NCBI GenBank assembly: GCA_045863855.1 | Contig: BTVV01000004.1 | Location: 62,627 to 126,626 of the forward strand | DNA: 64,000 bases | Source: Planctomycetota bacterium | Lineage (GTDB): Bacteria; Planctomycetota; SZUA-567; H5-PLA8 | Direction: 5' to 3' | Part shown: positions 28,200 through 37,481 of the stretch, in pieces | Position numbering within the stretch: position 1 is the first letter of the stretch | Layout: each line of letters begins with the position of its first letter | Notes under the pieces: generated by a model | What the model was told of the DNA's origin: nothing | What the model saw: only the letters and a program-made list of their open reading frames with translations | Database searches by the model: none | Position numbers and translations under genes: made by a program

Positions 28200-30041
28200 A
28201 TGAATTCCGTCTTCAAGCGGCTGATGGCAAGCCTGATCCTTTGCGCGTGCGCCGTAGGCGCGCAGGACCCTCCGCCGCGGCCTTCGCCGCATCCGGCCGC
28301 CGCGCGCGTGCCCGCGTTCGCCTTCGCGGCGCTCCGGTTTCCAAACCTCGGTCAGCCCCTCGACAGTTTCGCGGCCTATTGCAGCACCATCGTGGGCAAC
28401 AGCGGCGCGCTGGGCAAGCTCTTCCTGTCCAGCGCCCTGTTCCCGGTATCGATCGACCCCGGCGACGGGATCGCTCAGGATCAGCCTGCGGGGGTCTATT
28501 GGATCGACCCGGTGCGCGCGGGCCGGACGTTCGAAGTGGCACTAAGTCTGCCTGTCGCCGACGCAGCGCGGTTCCGCGCGGCCCTTAAGGAAGCCTACGG
28601 CGCAGAAGGCGACGGCGATAAGCTCAGCTTTTCGATCATGCAAGGCGTCGGCCAGAAAGATCGCACCTTTGTCGTGCGTTTGGACGCCGGACGCGCCTGG
28701 TTGGCCCCGAATGCGGAGTTGCTGGACGCGCTGATCCGCCACGAAGCGGCGGCGCTGTTGGCCGAAGCCACGGACGAAGTGGCGCTGGACGCCGATCTCG
28801 ATGCGCTGCGCAAGACGTACGGTCCCGTACTGGGACAGTACCTCGCTTTCGCATCCTTCATGTCGCAAGCGCTTCTGCCCGAGGCCGCTCCAGCGCTGGC
28901 CGAAATTTCGCGGCATGCGCTGCCTACGTGGGAGCAATTGGGCGCGCTGACGTTGCGCCTGCGCTTCGACGGTACCACTGCCTGCCTGGGCGGGCGGCTG
29001 CACGCGCACGCGGGAACGGCGCTGGCGGATTTCTGGGACGCCCGCGCACCCAGGATGGGCGCCGATCTGGCTAAGCTCTTACCGGCAGCAACCCCTTTCT
29101 TCGCCCAATTGCCGAATCACGATTTGGCCTTTCTGGACTTGGCCGTGCGGGAAGCCTTCCGCCTCGCGCTGAAACTCGAAAGCCCCGAAGCACGCAAAGC
29201 GCTGGCGGTCTGGCGGCAGGCCATGGCGCAACTGGCGCATGCCGCCGAACGCGCCGCTTCCGTGAGCCTGCTGCCAGCGCCGGGCGGCAAGCTTCGCATC
29301 GCGATGGCGCTGGATACGCAGAACCCCGACGCGGCCGCAAAAGCGCTGGAGGTTTACCTCCAAGCCGTAACCGCCGCGGGCGGTGAAAGCTTGCGCGCAG
29401 CCCTGAACTTGCCCAAGGATGCGCCCGCGCCGCTGGTCCTGAACGCCTTGCCGGCCGAAACCCACGGCGCGCGAAGCATCGCCGGCTTCGACTTGGACTT
29501 CACGCCGGGCCTCCCCCTCCCCGCGGGCCTGCGCGAGGTTTTGGCGCGGGCAACCGGCTGGCCGCTGACGATTCGGATCGCGCGCACCGAGGCCGGCGTG
29601 CTCGCCGTGGCCGGCGTCGACGCGCTCGGCACGGCGCGCGAACTGCTCGACCTAAGCGCCGGCGATCCGGTGCAAAGCCTCGCCGGACATGCCGTCTTGA
29701 AGGACGAACTCGCCGCACTCGCCGAAGGCGTGGACCTTTGGACGCGCGTGAACCTGTTGGCCACCGCGGCGATGCTGCTCGAAGCGTGGGTTCCACCGGA
29801 CACGCTGGATTTCGAAGCGATCACGCGCCGGCTTTCGGACGCAGCGGTGCGCGTGCGACTCGAAACCGGCGGCCAATGCGCCGGACTCGAGATTCGCGCC
29901 CCCGCCGAATCGATCGAAGCGCTGATGGAAGCCTACTTGCGCCTCAAACGCCGCGGCATCGATCCGCTGACGCTGCTGCTGCATGCAAGGCCGGGCGGCG
30001 GAACCGTACCCGCACCCCTGCCGCCCCCGCCCGACGAGTAG
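28200..30041 (+). CDS. Exported hypothetical protein
   Basis: GAGGA SD before ATG 28200; signal peptide; long Ala/Leu-rich ORF with coding-like GC3. Confidence 0.72.
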   Translation: MNSVFKRLMASLILCACAVGAQDPPPRPSPHPAAARVPAFAFAALRFPNLGQPLDSFAAYCSTIVGNSGALGKLFLSSALFPVSIDPGDGIAQDQPAGVYWIDPVRAGRTFEVALSLPVADAARFRAALKEAYGAEGDGDKLSFSIMQGVGQKDRTFVVRLDAGRAWLAPNAELLDALIRHEAAALLAEATDEVALDADLDALRKTYGPVLGQYLAFASFMSQALLPEAAPALAEISRHALPTWEQLGALTLRLRFDGTTACLGGRLHAHAGTALADFWDARAPRMGADLAKLLPAATPFFAQLPNHDLAFLDLAVREAFRLALKLESPEARKALAVWRQAMAQLAHAAERAASVSLLPAPGGKLRIAMALDTQNPDAAAKALEVYLQAVTAAGGESLRAALNLPKDAPAPLVLNALPAETHGARSIAGFDLDFTPGLPLPAGLREVLARATGWPLTIRIARTEAGVLAVAGVDALGTARELLDLSAGDPVQSLAGHAVLKDELAALAEGVDLWTRVNLLATAAMLLEAWVPPDTLDFEAITRRLSDAAVRVRLETGGQCAGLEIRAPAESIEALMEAYLRLKRRGIDPLTLLLHARPGGGTVPAPLPPPPDE

Positions 30042-30177
30042 CCTCGGCAAGGCATTCGCCGCTGCGGCGTTATTCTGCGTTCCACTGCCCGTGCAAAAAC
30101 TCTATCATTCCGTTCATCTCCGCATGCTTCGCGTTGACGGCGCTGCATGCCGTCCCTTTTTCGGAGGTAGCGCTCCC

Positions 30178-31482
30178 ATGCCGCGTAAACTGCCGCCCGC
30201 CGCAGGGCCTTCGCTGTACAGCCGCCTGATCCACGGTCGCGCGCGCGACGAACACTGGGACTATCGCCACCACGTGGTTCCGCCACAGTCTTCTTCGACG
30301 GCGTATCGTTTGGAAGATGCGGCGCGGGGCGCGCGGGGATTCGCGGAGTTCGCCCACGAGGAAGATCCGGACAAACGCCGCAAGGCGCCGATCTACATCT
30401 ACGACCGGCTCGCCGAACCGACCCGCGACATGCTCGAAGAAGTGCTGGCCGAGAGCGAACGCGGCGAGATCGCCGTCACCTTCGCCACGGGCATGGCGGC
30501 CATCGCCGCGGGTCTCGGCGTCACGGTGCAAGGCGGCGAGCACATCGTCGCCGACCAGGTCCTCTACGGAAGCACTTACAGCCTATTGACCGAATGGCTC
30601 CCCAAGTACGGCATCCGCACCACCTTTGTCGATCTGTCCCATCCCGAGCGGCTTGCGCGGGTGGTGACGCCCAAAACCCGCGCGGTCTATTTCGAAAGCC
30701 CGGCCAATCCGAACCTGAAACTAATCGACATCCGCGCCGTCCGGCAGGCCGTGGACGCGCTGAACCGCAGACGCAAAGGGCGCGAACGCATCCGTATCCT
30801 GGTCGACAACACCTTTGCGACGCCTTTCTGCCAGCGCCCGCTCGAACACGGCGTCGATCTCTCGATCCAGAGCCTGACGAAAAACATCTGCGGTTTCGGA
30901 ACCGACATGGGAGGCGCGGTCATCGGCGCGCGTGCCTTTCGCGGGCCGCTTCTGAGCTACCGCAAAGACTTCGGCGGCGTGCTCTCGCCTAAAGCGGCGT
31001 GGCCGATCCTGGTCTACGGACTCCCCACCCTCGCGCTGCGCGTACGGCACCAGGAAGCCACGGCGCTGGAGGTCGCACGCTTCCTGGAAGAACACGCCAA
31101 GATCGACCGCGTCCGCTACCCGGGCCTCTCCAGCTTCCCGCAGCACGACCTCGCGCGCCGCCAGATGCTCGACTACGACGGGCGCTTCGCTCCGGGTTCG
31201 ATGCTCTATTTTGTCCTGAAGGGCGCGCCCGCCGCCGCGCGGAAGAAAGCCGAGAAGCTGATCGACCGGCTCGCGCGCGAAGCCTACACCGTCACGCTGG
31301 CCGTCTCGCTGGGCCAGGTGCGCACGCTGGTCGAACATCCCAGCAGCATGACGCACAGCAGCGTGCCGCTGGCCAAACAGCTCAAGGAAGGCATCGATCC
31401 GGGCGGCGTGCGTATCTCGATCGGACTGGAAAGCGCGCGGGACTTGATCGGCGATCTGGCGGCCGCGTTGCGGAAGGTCTAA
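30178..31482 (+). CDS. Methionine gamma-lyase / Cys-Met metabolism PLP enzyme
   Basis: YDRL-EPT, FATGMAAI, FESPANP, DNTFATP, SLTK (PLP lysine), AVSLG, RISIGLE; GGAGG SD. Confidence 0.92.
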   Translation: MPRKLPPAAGPSLYSRLIHGRARDEHWDYRHHVVPPQSSSTAYRLEDAARGARGFAEFAHEEDPDKRRKAPIYIYDRLAEPTRDMLEEVLAESERGEIAVTFATGMAAIAAGLGVTVQGGEHIVADQVLYGSTYSLLTEWLPKYGIRTTFVDLSHPERLARVVTPKTRAVYFESPANPNLKLIDIRAVRQAVDALNRRRKGRERIRILVDNTFATPFCQRPLEHGVDLSIQSLTKNICGFGTDMGGAVIGARAFRGPLLSYRKDFGGVLSPKAAWPILVYGLPTLALRVRHQEATALEVARFLEEHAKIDRVRYPGLSSFPQHDLARRQMLDYDGRFAPGSMLYFVLKGAPAAARKKAEKLIDRLAREAYTVTLAVSLGQVRTLVEHPSSMTHSSVPLAKQLKEGIDPGGVRISIGLESARDLIGDLAAALRKV

Positions 31483-31491
31483 GCGGACCGC

Positions 31492-33687
31492 TCAAGCGCG
31501 GATGATCTCTTCGTAGCTGCGCAGGTCGGAGGGAATCGAAACGCCGGGGCGCAGTTCCATCACGTCGTCGGCGACGTCGGACGCCACGAGCAGCAGCGAG
31601 CCTTCTTCGGACTGGATCTCGATCAGCGAGGTGCTTCCGTCGCCCACGTCCTGCTCGGGCGGCGGCACCGACCCCGGCGCTTTGGGCGTCCAACTCCGTT
31701 CGACTTCCACGTTGAGCGGCGAAAGCTTGGGCTTTTCCTGCAGGTCCCAAAGCAGACGCAGCTTCGAACCCGGCGGAATGGGCGTCTCGGCCTGGACCTG
31801 CAACCGCGCGCGCCGCTCGGACCGGTTGCAGACCATCCGCACCACCACGGCATTCACCGGCTTGCGCCCGTCCTGGACCAGCTTGCACGGCAAGGTGAAT
31901 AGAATGGACTGCGACCCTGGCTCGACCCGCGAGGTGACGTTATGCGGCGTCCCCGCCGCCGTCCCGCTGCCGGTGGCCGACGGCGGAATGATGCCGCGCA
32001 GCGAATAAATCGGAATCGGCTTCGCCACGTTCTTGACCGGACAGTCGGGCAGCCGGAAAACGATCGCTCGGTCGCGGATCTCTTCGTAGGTGCCTTCGCC
32101 CACGAAAACCTGACCGCGTCCCGCGATCGATTCGACGCGCTGCGCCAAGTTGACCGCGTTGCCGATCACCGTGAATTCGATCTTGCGCTCGCTGCCGATG
32201 TTGCCGGCGATGAAATCGCCGGTGTTCAAACCGATGCCATGGCCCAGCGGCTCGGGCGGCTTAACGATGTTTTCGTCCAGCGCCAGTTCGCGGTTGAAGA
32301 CGAACATCGCGTTTTGCATCTCGATGGCCGCGGTCACGCTGTTCGCCGTGGCGAACTCGGCGCTGACCAGCACGCCCCAGAAGGCCATGATCGCGTCGCC
32401 GCCGGTCTTGTCCACCGTCCCGCCGCGGGCAAAGATGATTTCCTGCATGACGCGGAAATAGCGGTTCAGCAGCGCGACGACGTCCCCCGGGCGCATTTGC
32501 GCGGCCATGCGCGTGAATCCGACGATATCGGAGAAGAAGACCGTCCCGTGCTTCAACGACCCGCCCAGTTCGACGGTCAGTTCCTTCTTGATGATCCGGT
32601 CGACCAGATGCGGGCTCAGGAAGCGCTGCAAGTTCTGGCGGCTCGCGGCTTCGGAGGCCGCCTGGCGCGCCAGTTCGGCGTTCTTGATCACGATCGCGAG
32701 CTGCCCCGTGACCGCGTTGATCAGGTTCACGTCGTCGGGACCGAAGCGGCGCGCGGCGTCTTTGGTATCGAGATAAAGAATGCCCAAGTCGTCGTCGCTG
32801 GCGATAAGCGGCGAGCACATCACCGAGTGAATCTCGAGGCGCGCCATCGACATCGCGGGGTTGTACGCCGCATCGCTGGTCGCGTCGCTGACCAGGATCG
32901 ACTGCCGCAGCTCGCGCACGCGGTTGACGATCGTCCGCGAGACGGCCACCTCGTGCTCTTGCCCCGGCACCGGATTGCGGACTTTCTGCACGCTCACCGG
33001 ACCTTGGCGCGTGGTGAGCGCGTCGCTTTCCAGCCCCTCGGCCGCGATGCTCTGCGGAATCTCGCCATCGGGGCCGTACAGCAGGATGAACCCGCGCTCG
33101 GCCTGCGGGAAGACCTCGAAGAGCTTGTCCAGGCAGGTCATCAGCACCTTGCGCGGCTCCAGCGACGAAGCCAGCGCCTGCCCGATATCGAGGAGCAGCT
33201 TCAGGCGCTGCGTCACGCGCTTGAGCTGAATCAGGTCGCTCGAAGACTCTTCCTCGGCGGTGACCGCGCCCTTGCCGGCCGCCATCGAGTAATCGATGCT
33301 CGGCGCCGCCTCGCTGACGTCTTCGCGTACGCGAACGATGGAAAGACTGGCGTCGGAAAGATGCTGCGGGCCGGGCAGCGTGCGCGGAACCTGCATCGGA
33401 TTCAGCCGCAGCGTCAGCAGCGTGCTGCCGATCTGCAGCGTGTCCCCGTCGCGGTACGGCAGGCGCGTGCGCAGGAAGTCGTTGTTCAGCGCCGTTCCGT
33501 TGGCCGAATGGTTGTCTTCGACGAAATACTGGCCGTTGGGGCCCAGTTCGATCTTCGCATGCCGCCGCGACGACATCGGGTCCGTTAACACAATGTCGCA
33601 GTCGGGATGGCGGCCGAGGATCGTGACCGGTCCCAGGCGGTAGCGCTGGACCGTGCCTTCAGGCGTGTTAACGATCAACTCGGCCAT
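31492..33687 (-). CDS. FHA-GAF-class III adenylate/guanylate cyclase
   Basis: FHA LGRHPDCDI...SRRHA...SANGT; GAF SVMCSPL...GILYLD; cyclase FSDIVGFT, DKTGGDAIMA, FTVIGNAVNLAQR. Confidence 0.93.
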   Translation of the reverse strand: MAELIVNTPEGTVQRYRLGPVTILGRHPDCDIVLTDPMSSRRHAKIELGPNGQYFVEDNHSANGTALNNDFLRTRLPYRDGDTLQIGSTLLTLRLNPMQVPRTLPGPQHLSDASLSIVRVREDVSEAAPSIDYSMAAGKGAVTAEEESSSDLIQLKRVTQRLKLLLDIGQALASSLEPRKVLMTCLDKLFEVFPQAERGFILLYGPDGEIPQSIAAEGLESDALTTRQGPVSVQKVRNPVPGQEHEVAVSRTIVNRVRELRQSILVSDATSDAAYNPAMSMARLEIHSVMCSPLIASDDDLGILYLDTKDAARRFGPDDVNLINAVTGQLAIVIKNAELARQAASEAASRQNLQRFLSPHLVDRIIKKELTVELGGSLKHGTVFFSDIVGFTRMAAQMRPGDVVALLNRYFRVMQEIIFARGGTVDKTGGDAIMAFWGVLVSAEFATANSVTAAIEMQNAMFVFNRELALDENIVKPPEPLGHGIGLNTGDFIAGNIGSERKIEFTVIGNAVNLAQRVESIAGRGQVFVGEGTYEEIRDRAIVFRLPDCPVKNVAKPIPIYSLRGIIPPSATGSGTAAGTPHNVTSRVEPGSQSILFTLPCKLVQDGRKPVNAVVVRMVCNRSERRARLQVQAETPIPPGSKLRLLWDLQEKPKLSPLNVEVERSWTPKAPGSVPPPEQDVGDGSTSLIEIQSEEGSLLLVASDVADDVMELRPGVSIPSDLRSYEEIIRA

Positions 33688-33775
33688 GTCCCGCGTTCCC
33701 TCAACCGCCCCATTCCGGTGTACGGCGTTCGCTGCGGCTGGTCAAGACGACGGCCCCGCTATCGAAGGACGTGCA

Positions 33776-34087
33776 TCAGCCTTCGATCTTCGCGATCTTC
33801 ACGACGCTGTAATCCGTGCGGTGCCCGCGCCGAACCTTGTGCTCGTGAATGAAAAGCCGGCGGTTGGAAACCGTCTTCTCGCCCCGCGCGTGGCCTTCCA
33901 GCACCGCCGTGACCTTCGCGCCTTTCACCGTCGGCGTCCCCACCTTCACGTTGCCGTCCTGGCCCACCAGCAGGACCTCGCCGAAGGTCACCGACGCTCC
34001 CTTTTCGCCGGGCAGTTCCAGCACGCGCAGTCGGTCGCCCTCGCGCACCTTGTACTGGTGCCCGCGGTCCTTAATTATTGCGTACAT
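33776..34087 (-). CDS. rplU: 50S ribosomal protein L21
   Basis: MYAIIKDRGHQYKVREGD...VGTPTVKGAKV...RGEK...GHR; 103 aa. Confidence 0.95.
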   Translation of the reverse strand: MYAIIKDRGHQYKVREGDRLRVLELPGEKGASVTFGEVLLVGQDGNVKVGTPTVKGAKVTAVLEGHARGEKTVSNRRLFIHEHKVRRGHRTDYSVVKIAKIEG

Positions 34088-36986
34088 AGTCGTCTACCTC
34101 ACTTAGCTTCTTCGACACCCACGGCCCGTCGCTCTTCGCGACCTCCAGGCGCCACTGACTGAACGGCAGGCTCGAGTCCCCATGGAACTCCACCTTAACC
34201 CCCCGCTCCTCTTCGTACCGGGACAACTCCCGGCGGAACTGGTTTAGAATCTCAAATGCCGCCTCAGGATTCAAGGACACGCGCACCCGGTTCACTTGAG
34301 GGTCCGCGCATTGGTGCTTCAGTTCACGCATCAGCTCCAGCACCAGGCTTTCCGGCGCTTTTAGCGACCCAGAACCGTAACAGTAAGGGCACCGAATGAA
34401 CAGAGCTTTGCGCAGGCTGTGCCGTACCCGCTGCCGGGTCATCTCCACCACCCCCAGCGGCGATATCGGCAGCACATTGATCCGCGCCCGGTCCCGCGCA
34501 AGGTGCCGCTTCAGTTCCTGCTCCACCTTGCGACGGTGGTCCATGCTCTCCATGTCGATAAAATCGATCATCACCAGCCCGCCGATGTCGCGCAAGCGAA
34601 GCTGCCGCGCCACTTCACGGGCCGCCTCGAGGTTGATCGAAAGGATCGTATCTTCCTGGTTGCGCTTCTCGCGGAAGCGTCCGCTGTTGACGTCGATCGC
34701 CGTCAGCGCCTCGGTCTGTTCGATCACGATCGAGCCGCCGCTCTCGAGCCCCACCTTGCGGTGGAACAGCCGCTGAATCTGCGGCTCGATCCCGTAGCGG
34801 TGAAAGAGCGGCGTGCGCTCCTGATGCAGGCGCAGCTTCACTTCCGCCTGAGGAGCGATCTCGCGCAGGAACGCGCGCGCGCGCTCCAGCGAAACCGGAT
34901 CGTCCACCACCACCTCGGCCACGTCGTCGGTGTAAATGTCGCGGAAGACGCGCGTGATCACGTCGCCTTCTTCGTAGACCAGCGCCGGCGCACGGCCCGC
35001 GCGAGCCTTCTTCGAGATCGTGTCCCACGTCTGCAGCAGGTAATCCAAGTCCTTCTTCAGGTCTTCCTTGCCGCGTCCCAGGCCCGCGGTACGGACAATC
35101 AACCCCATCCCTTCGGGCGGCTGCAAATCCGCCAAGGCTTCCTTTAGCGCTCTGCGCGCGTGCTCGTCGCCGATCCGCTTCGATACGCCCACTCGCGCCA
35201 CCGCCGGCATCAGCACCAGATAGCGGCCTGGAATCGAAAGGTAACTCGTCAGCGCCGGACCTTTCTGGCCCAGCCCTTCCTTGGCCACCTGCACCAGAAT
35301 CTCCTGCCCGCGCTTGAGCAGTTCCTCGATCTTGTATCGTTTCGGCTCGCGGCCCTCCCGGCCCTCGCGGCCGCCGCGCTCCGAGCGTTCAGGCCGCCGT
35401 GCGTCTTCCGCCGCCGGACCGGCCGCAGTAGCTGCGCTCTCCGGCGCCGCTGGCGCGGCCGTGGTTTCGCCTGCTTCCGCTGCGGCCGTTGGCTCCGCCG
35501 CGCCAATCCCGGATTCGGTCCCTTCGAGCGGCGTCTGCGACCCCCAGCCTTCAGGCGGCATTTCGACCGCCGGGGTGGGTTCCGCTTCCGCTGCGGCTTC
35601 CGTATGGGGTTCCGGCTCTGGGTCCGGCGCCGGTTCGGCGCCTTCGTCCATCGGCTCGGCGTACGCGACCGGCTCGCCGGCTTCGTTGTCCGGCGCCTCC
35701 AGCGGCTCGTCCTCCGGACCTCCCTCGCCATCGCGCGGACCGGGCGCCAGCATCGGAGCCTGCTCGGGCGCGCGCCGGGCGCGCCCCGAACGCCCGCGGC
35801 CGCCGCGGCGCCGGCGGCGCCGGCGCTTGCCGCCCGCTTGATCGCTCGATCCGTGTGAAACGTTCGCCGCCGCCGTTTCGCCATCCAGCGGCGTCCCGTC
35901 CGGAGCCACGTTGGGCATCACCTCGTCGTCCGGAAATTCGGCGTCATCCGGCGGTGCGGATACGGAAGCGGCTGCAGATACCGTCGGATGCGGCGGCGGA
36001 ACTTCCTCGACAGGCACGTTAGGGCTCGGCTTACGCGGCGCACCCGGCGGCGGCAGTTCCGCCAGCACGCGGTCGGGCGACAGGCAATCGGAAACGTGCA
36101 GGAAACCGTTGCGCTCGCCGCCGATCTCGACGAAAGCCGCCTGCAACGAAGGCTCGATGTTGACGATGCGCGCCTTGTAGATGTTGCCGCTCTGGCTGCG
36201 ATTGCTTTGGCGCTCGATGAAAATCTCGGTCAGCTCGCCGTCTTCCACCACCGCGACGCGAATCTCGCCGGCGGAATGGGCGTTGAGCAGGAGGATTTTG
36301 TGGACGCCTGCAGGCGGGCGGGAAGGCGTCACCGCGCCGGGCGTGGCTTCGTAACCTCGGGAAGGGCGTCGGCGCCGGCGGCCGCCACGGCCCCGCGAAC
36401 CGGCGTCCCGGCCGGACGGATCGCCGCCTTCGCCAGGGGCTTCGCCCTCGGTTGGCCCGCCTTCCGAACTCGGTTCTACTCCGGTTCCGTGAGTGTCTCC
36501 GTCTCGGCTTCCGTTTCCGTCTCCGGACTCGGGTTCCCCGTCGGCTCCAGCGTCATCGAGAGCTTCGTGATCCGAATCCCCGCCAGTTGATCCTTCGGGC
36601 GTTCCAGCAGCAGGCTGAGCACTTCCAGCGGGCGCGCCGTCAGCACCGGGGTGGGCAGAATCTCGACGTCGACCGCGCCGCCTTCCGCGGCCGCGACGGC
36701 GCCGATGACCGTTCGAAGATCCACGGTCTTCGGAGGTTGCGGACGGCCCTTGCGCCGGCCCCGCTCCAGCCGCACCCGAAGGTAGGGCAGCGTCGCCGCC
36801 CGAGCCAGCCATTCCAGCCGCTCCGGAGAAACCGTCAGCTCCGCCTCCCCCAGCTCCAGCCGGTACACCACCCGAACCGGACGCTGGCCCCGGCGAACCG
36901 GATCCATCTCCCGAACCGTGTGCAGAGCCAGCCCCGGCGGAAGTGCCGCCGCCAAGCGTTCCTTCAAATCCTGAATCGGAATCCAT
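34071..36986 (-). CDS. rne: Ribonuclease E/G family (start uncertain: 36986, 36812 or 36332)
   Basis: GNIYKARI...PSLQAAFVEIG...GFL, ILVQVAKEGLGQKG, AIDVNSG, LRLRDIGGL-IDFIDM, Zn-link CPYCYG; long acidic/Arg-rich insertion within the S1 domain. Confidence 0.93.
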   Translation of the reverse strand: MDSDSGFEGTLGGGTSAGAGSAHGSGDGSGSPGPASGSGGVPAGAGGGGADGFSGAAGMAGSGGDAALPSGAAGAGPAQGPSATSEDRGSSNGHRRRRGRGRRRGRRRDSAHPGADGAPAGSAQPAAGTPEGSTGGDSDHEALDDAGADGEPESGDGNGSRDGDTHGTGVEPSSEGGPTEGEAPGEGGDPSGRDAGSRGRGGRRRRRPSRGYEATPGAVTPSRPPAGVHKILLLNAHSAGEIRVAVVEDGELTEIFIERQSNRSQSGNIYKARIVNIEPSLQAAFVEIGGERNGFLHVSDCLSPDRVLAELPPPGAPRKPSPNVPVEEVPPPHPTVSAAASVSAPPDDAEFPDDEVMPNVAPDGTPLDGETAAANVSHGSSDQAGGKRRRRRRRGGRGRSGRARRAPEQAPMLAPGPRDGEGGPEDEPLEAPDNEAGEPVAYAEPMDEGAEPAPDPEPEPHTEAAAEAEPTPAVEMPPEGWGSQTPLEGTESGIGAAEPTAAAEAGETTAAPAAPESAATAAGPAAEDARRPERSERGGREGREGREPKRYKIEELLKRGQEILVQVAKEGLGQKGPALTSYLSIPGRYLVLMPAVARVGVSKRIGDEHARRALKEALADLQPPEGMGLIVRTAGLGRGKEDLKKDLDYLLQTWDTISKKARAGRAPALVYEEGDVITRVFRDIYTDDVAEVVVDDPVSLERARAFLREIAPQAEVKLRLHQERTPLFHRYGIEPQIQRLFHRKVGLESGGSIVIEQTEALTAIDVNSGRFREKRNQEDTILSINLEAAREVARQLRLRDIGGLVMIDFIDMESMDHRRKVEQELKRHLARDRARINVLPISPLGVVEMTRQRVRHSLRKALFIRCPYCYGSGSLKAPESLVLELMRELKHQCADPQVNRVRVSLNPEAAFEILNQFRRELSRYEEERGVKVEFHGDSSLPFSQWRLEVAKSDGPWVSKKLSEVDDYVRNN

Positions 36987-37300
36987 TGATGCAATTCGAG
37001 TTCTGCGGCTTCATCGAGGGAGGCGATCCCGACCTCAAGCGCGACGGGAAACACGATGCGAGGCCGGGGATTGAACCCCTCGGTCAAACGCACCGGCAGT
37101 TGTGCCCGGCGGACCGCGCGCTGGAAGGCGCGCATGAGGTCATGATGGGATATGAAGCGGACGGCCTCGCCTTTAACGAAGCGGAGCTCGACCTTTTGCC
37201 GGATCGCCGTGGGCCCGAGTCGGTCGGAAGGCCGAGAGGACTCACGGCCGCCGGACGCGACGATCGAATCTGTTTGGGAGTCGGACGGCGGTCCGGTCAT
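36476..37300 (-). CDS. Radical SAM-associated protein (TIGR03936/DUF2344-like)
   Basis: FVKGEAVRFISHHDLMRAFQRAVRRAQLPV..TEGFNPRPRI..ALEVG..S..E; this family is commonly found upstream of rne/rng. Confidence 0.88.
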   Translation of the reverse strand: MTGPPSDSQTDSIVASGGRESSRPSDRLGPTAIRQKVELRFVKGEAVRFISHHDLMRAFQRAVRRAQLPVRLTEGFNPRPRIVFPVALEVGIASLDEAAELELHQWIPIQDLKERLAAALPPGLALHTVREMDPVRRGQRPVRVVYRLELGEAELTVSPERLEWLARAATLPYLRVRLERGRRKGRPQPPKTVDLRTVIGAVAAAEGGAVDVEILPTPVLTARPLEVLSLLLERPKDQLAGIRITKLSMTLEPTGNPSPETETEAETETLTEPE

Positions 37301-37481
37301 CGAACGTCTGTCCGCGAAGGTAAAGGCGGCGTCCACGCATGCCCTGGCACGCGATGCCCGCCCGGTGGTCTCTCGCGGTCCAGCCGCGCACGCGGCCTGC
37401 CAGCCGGCCTCTCTGCGAAACTGCGGGGACGGGAACGCCCCGTCCCTCTGAAATCCTGACTCGGCGACAGCTCCGAAAAAC

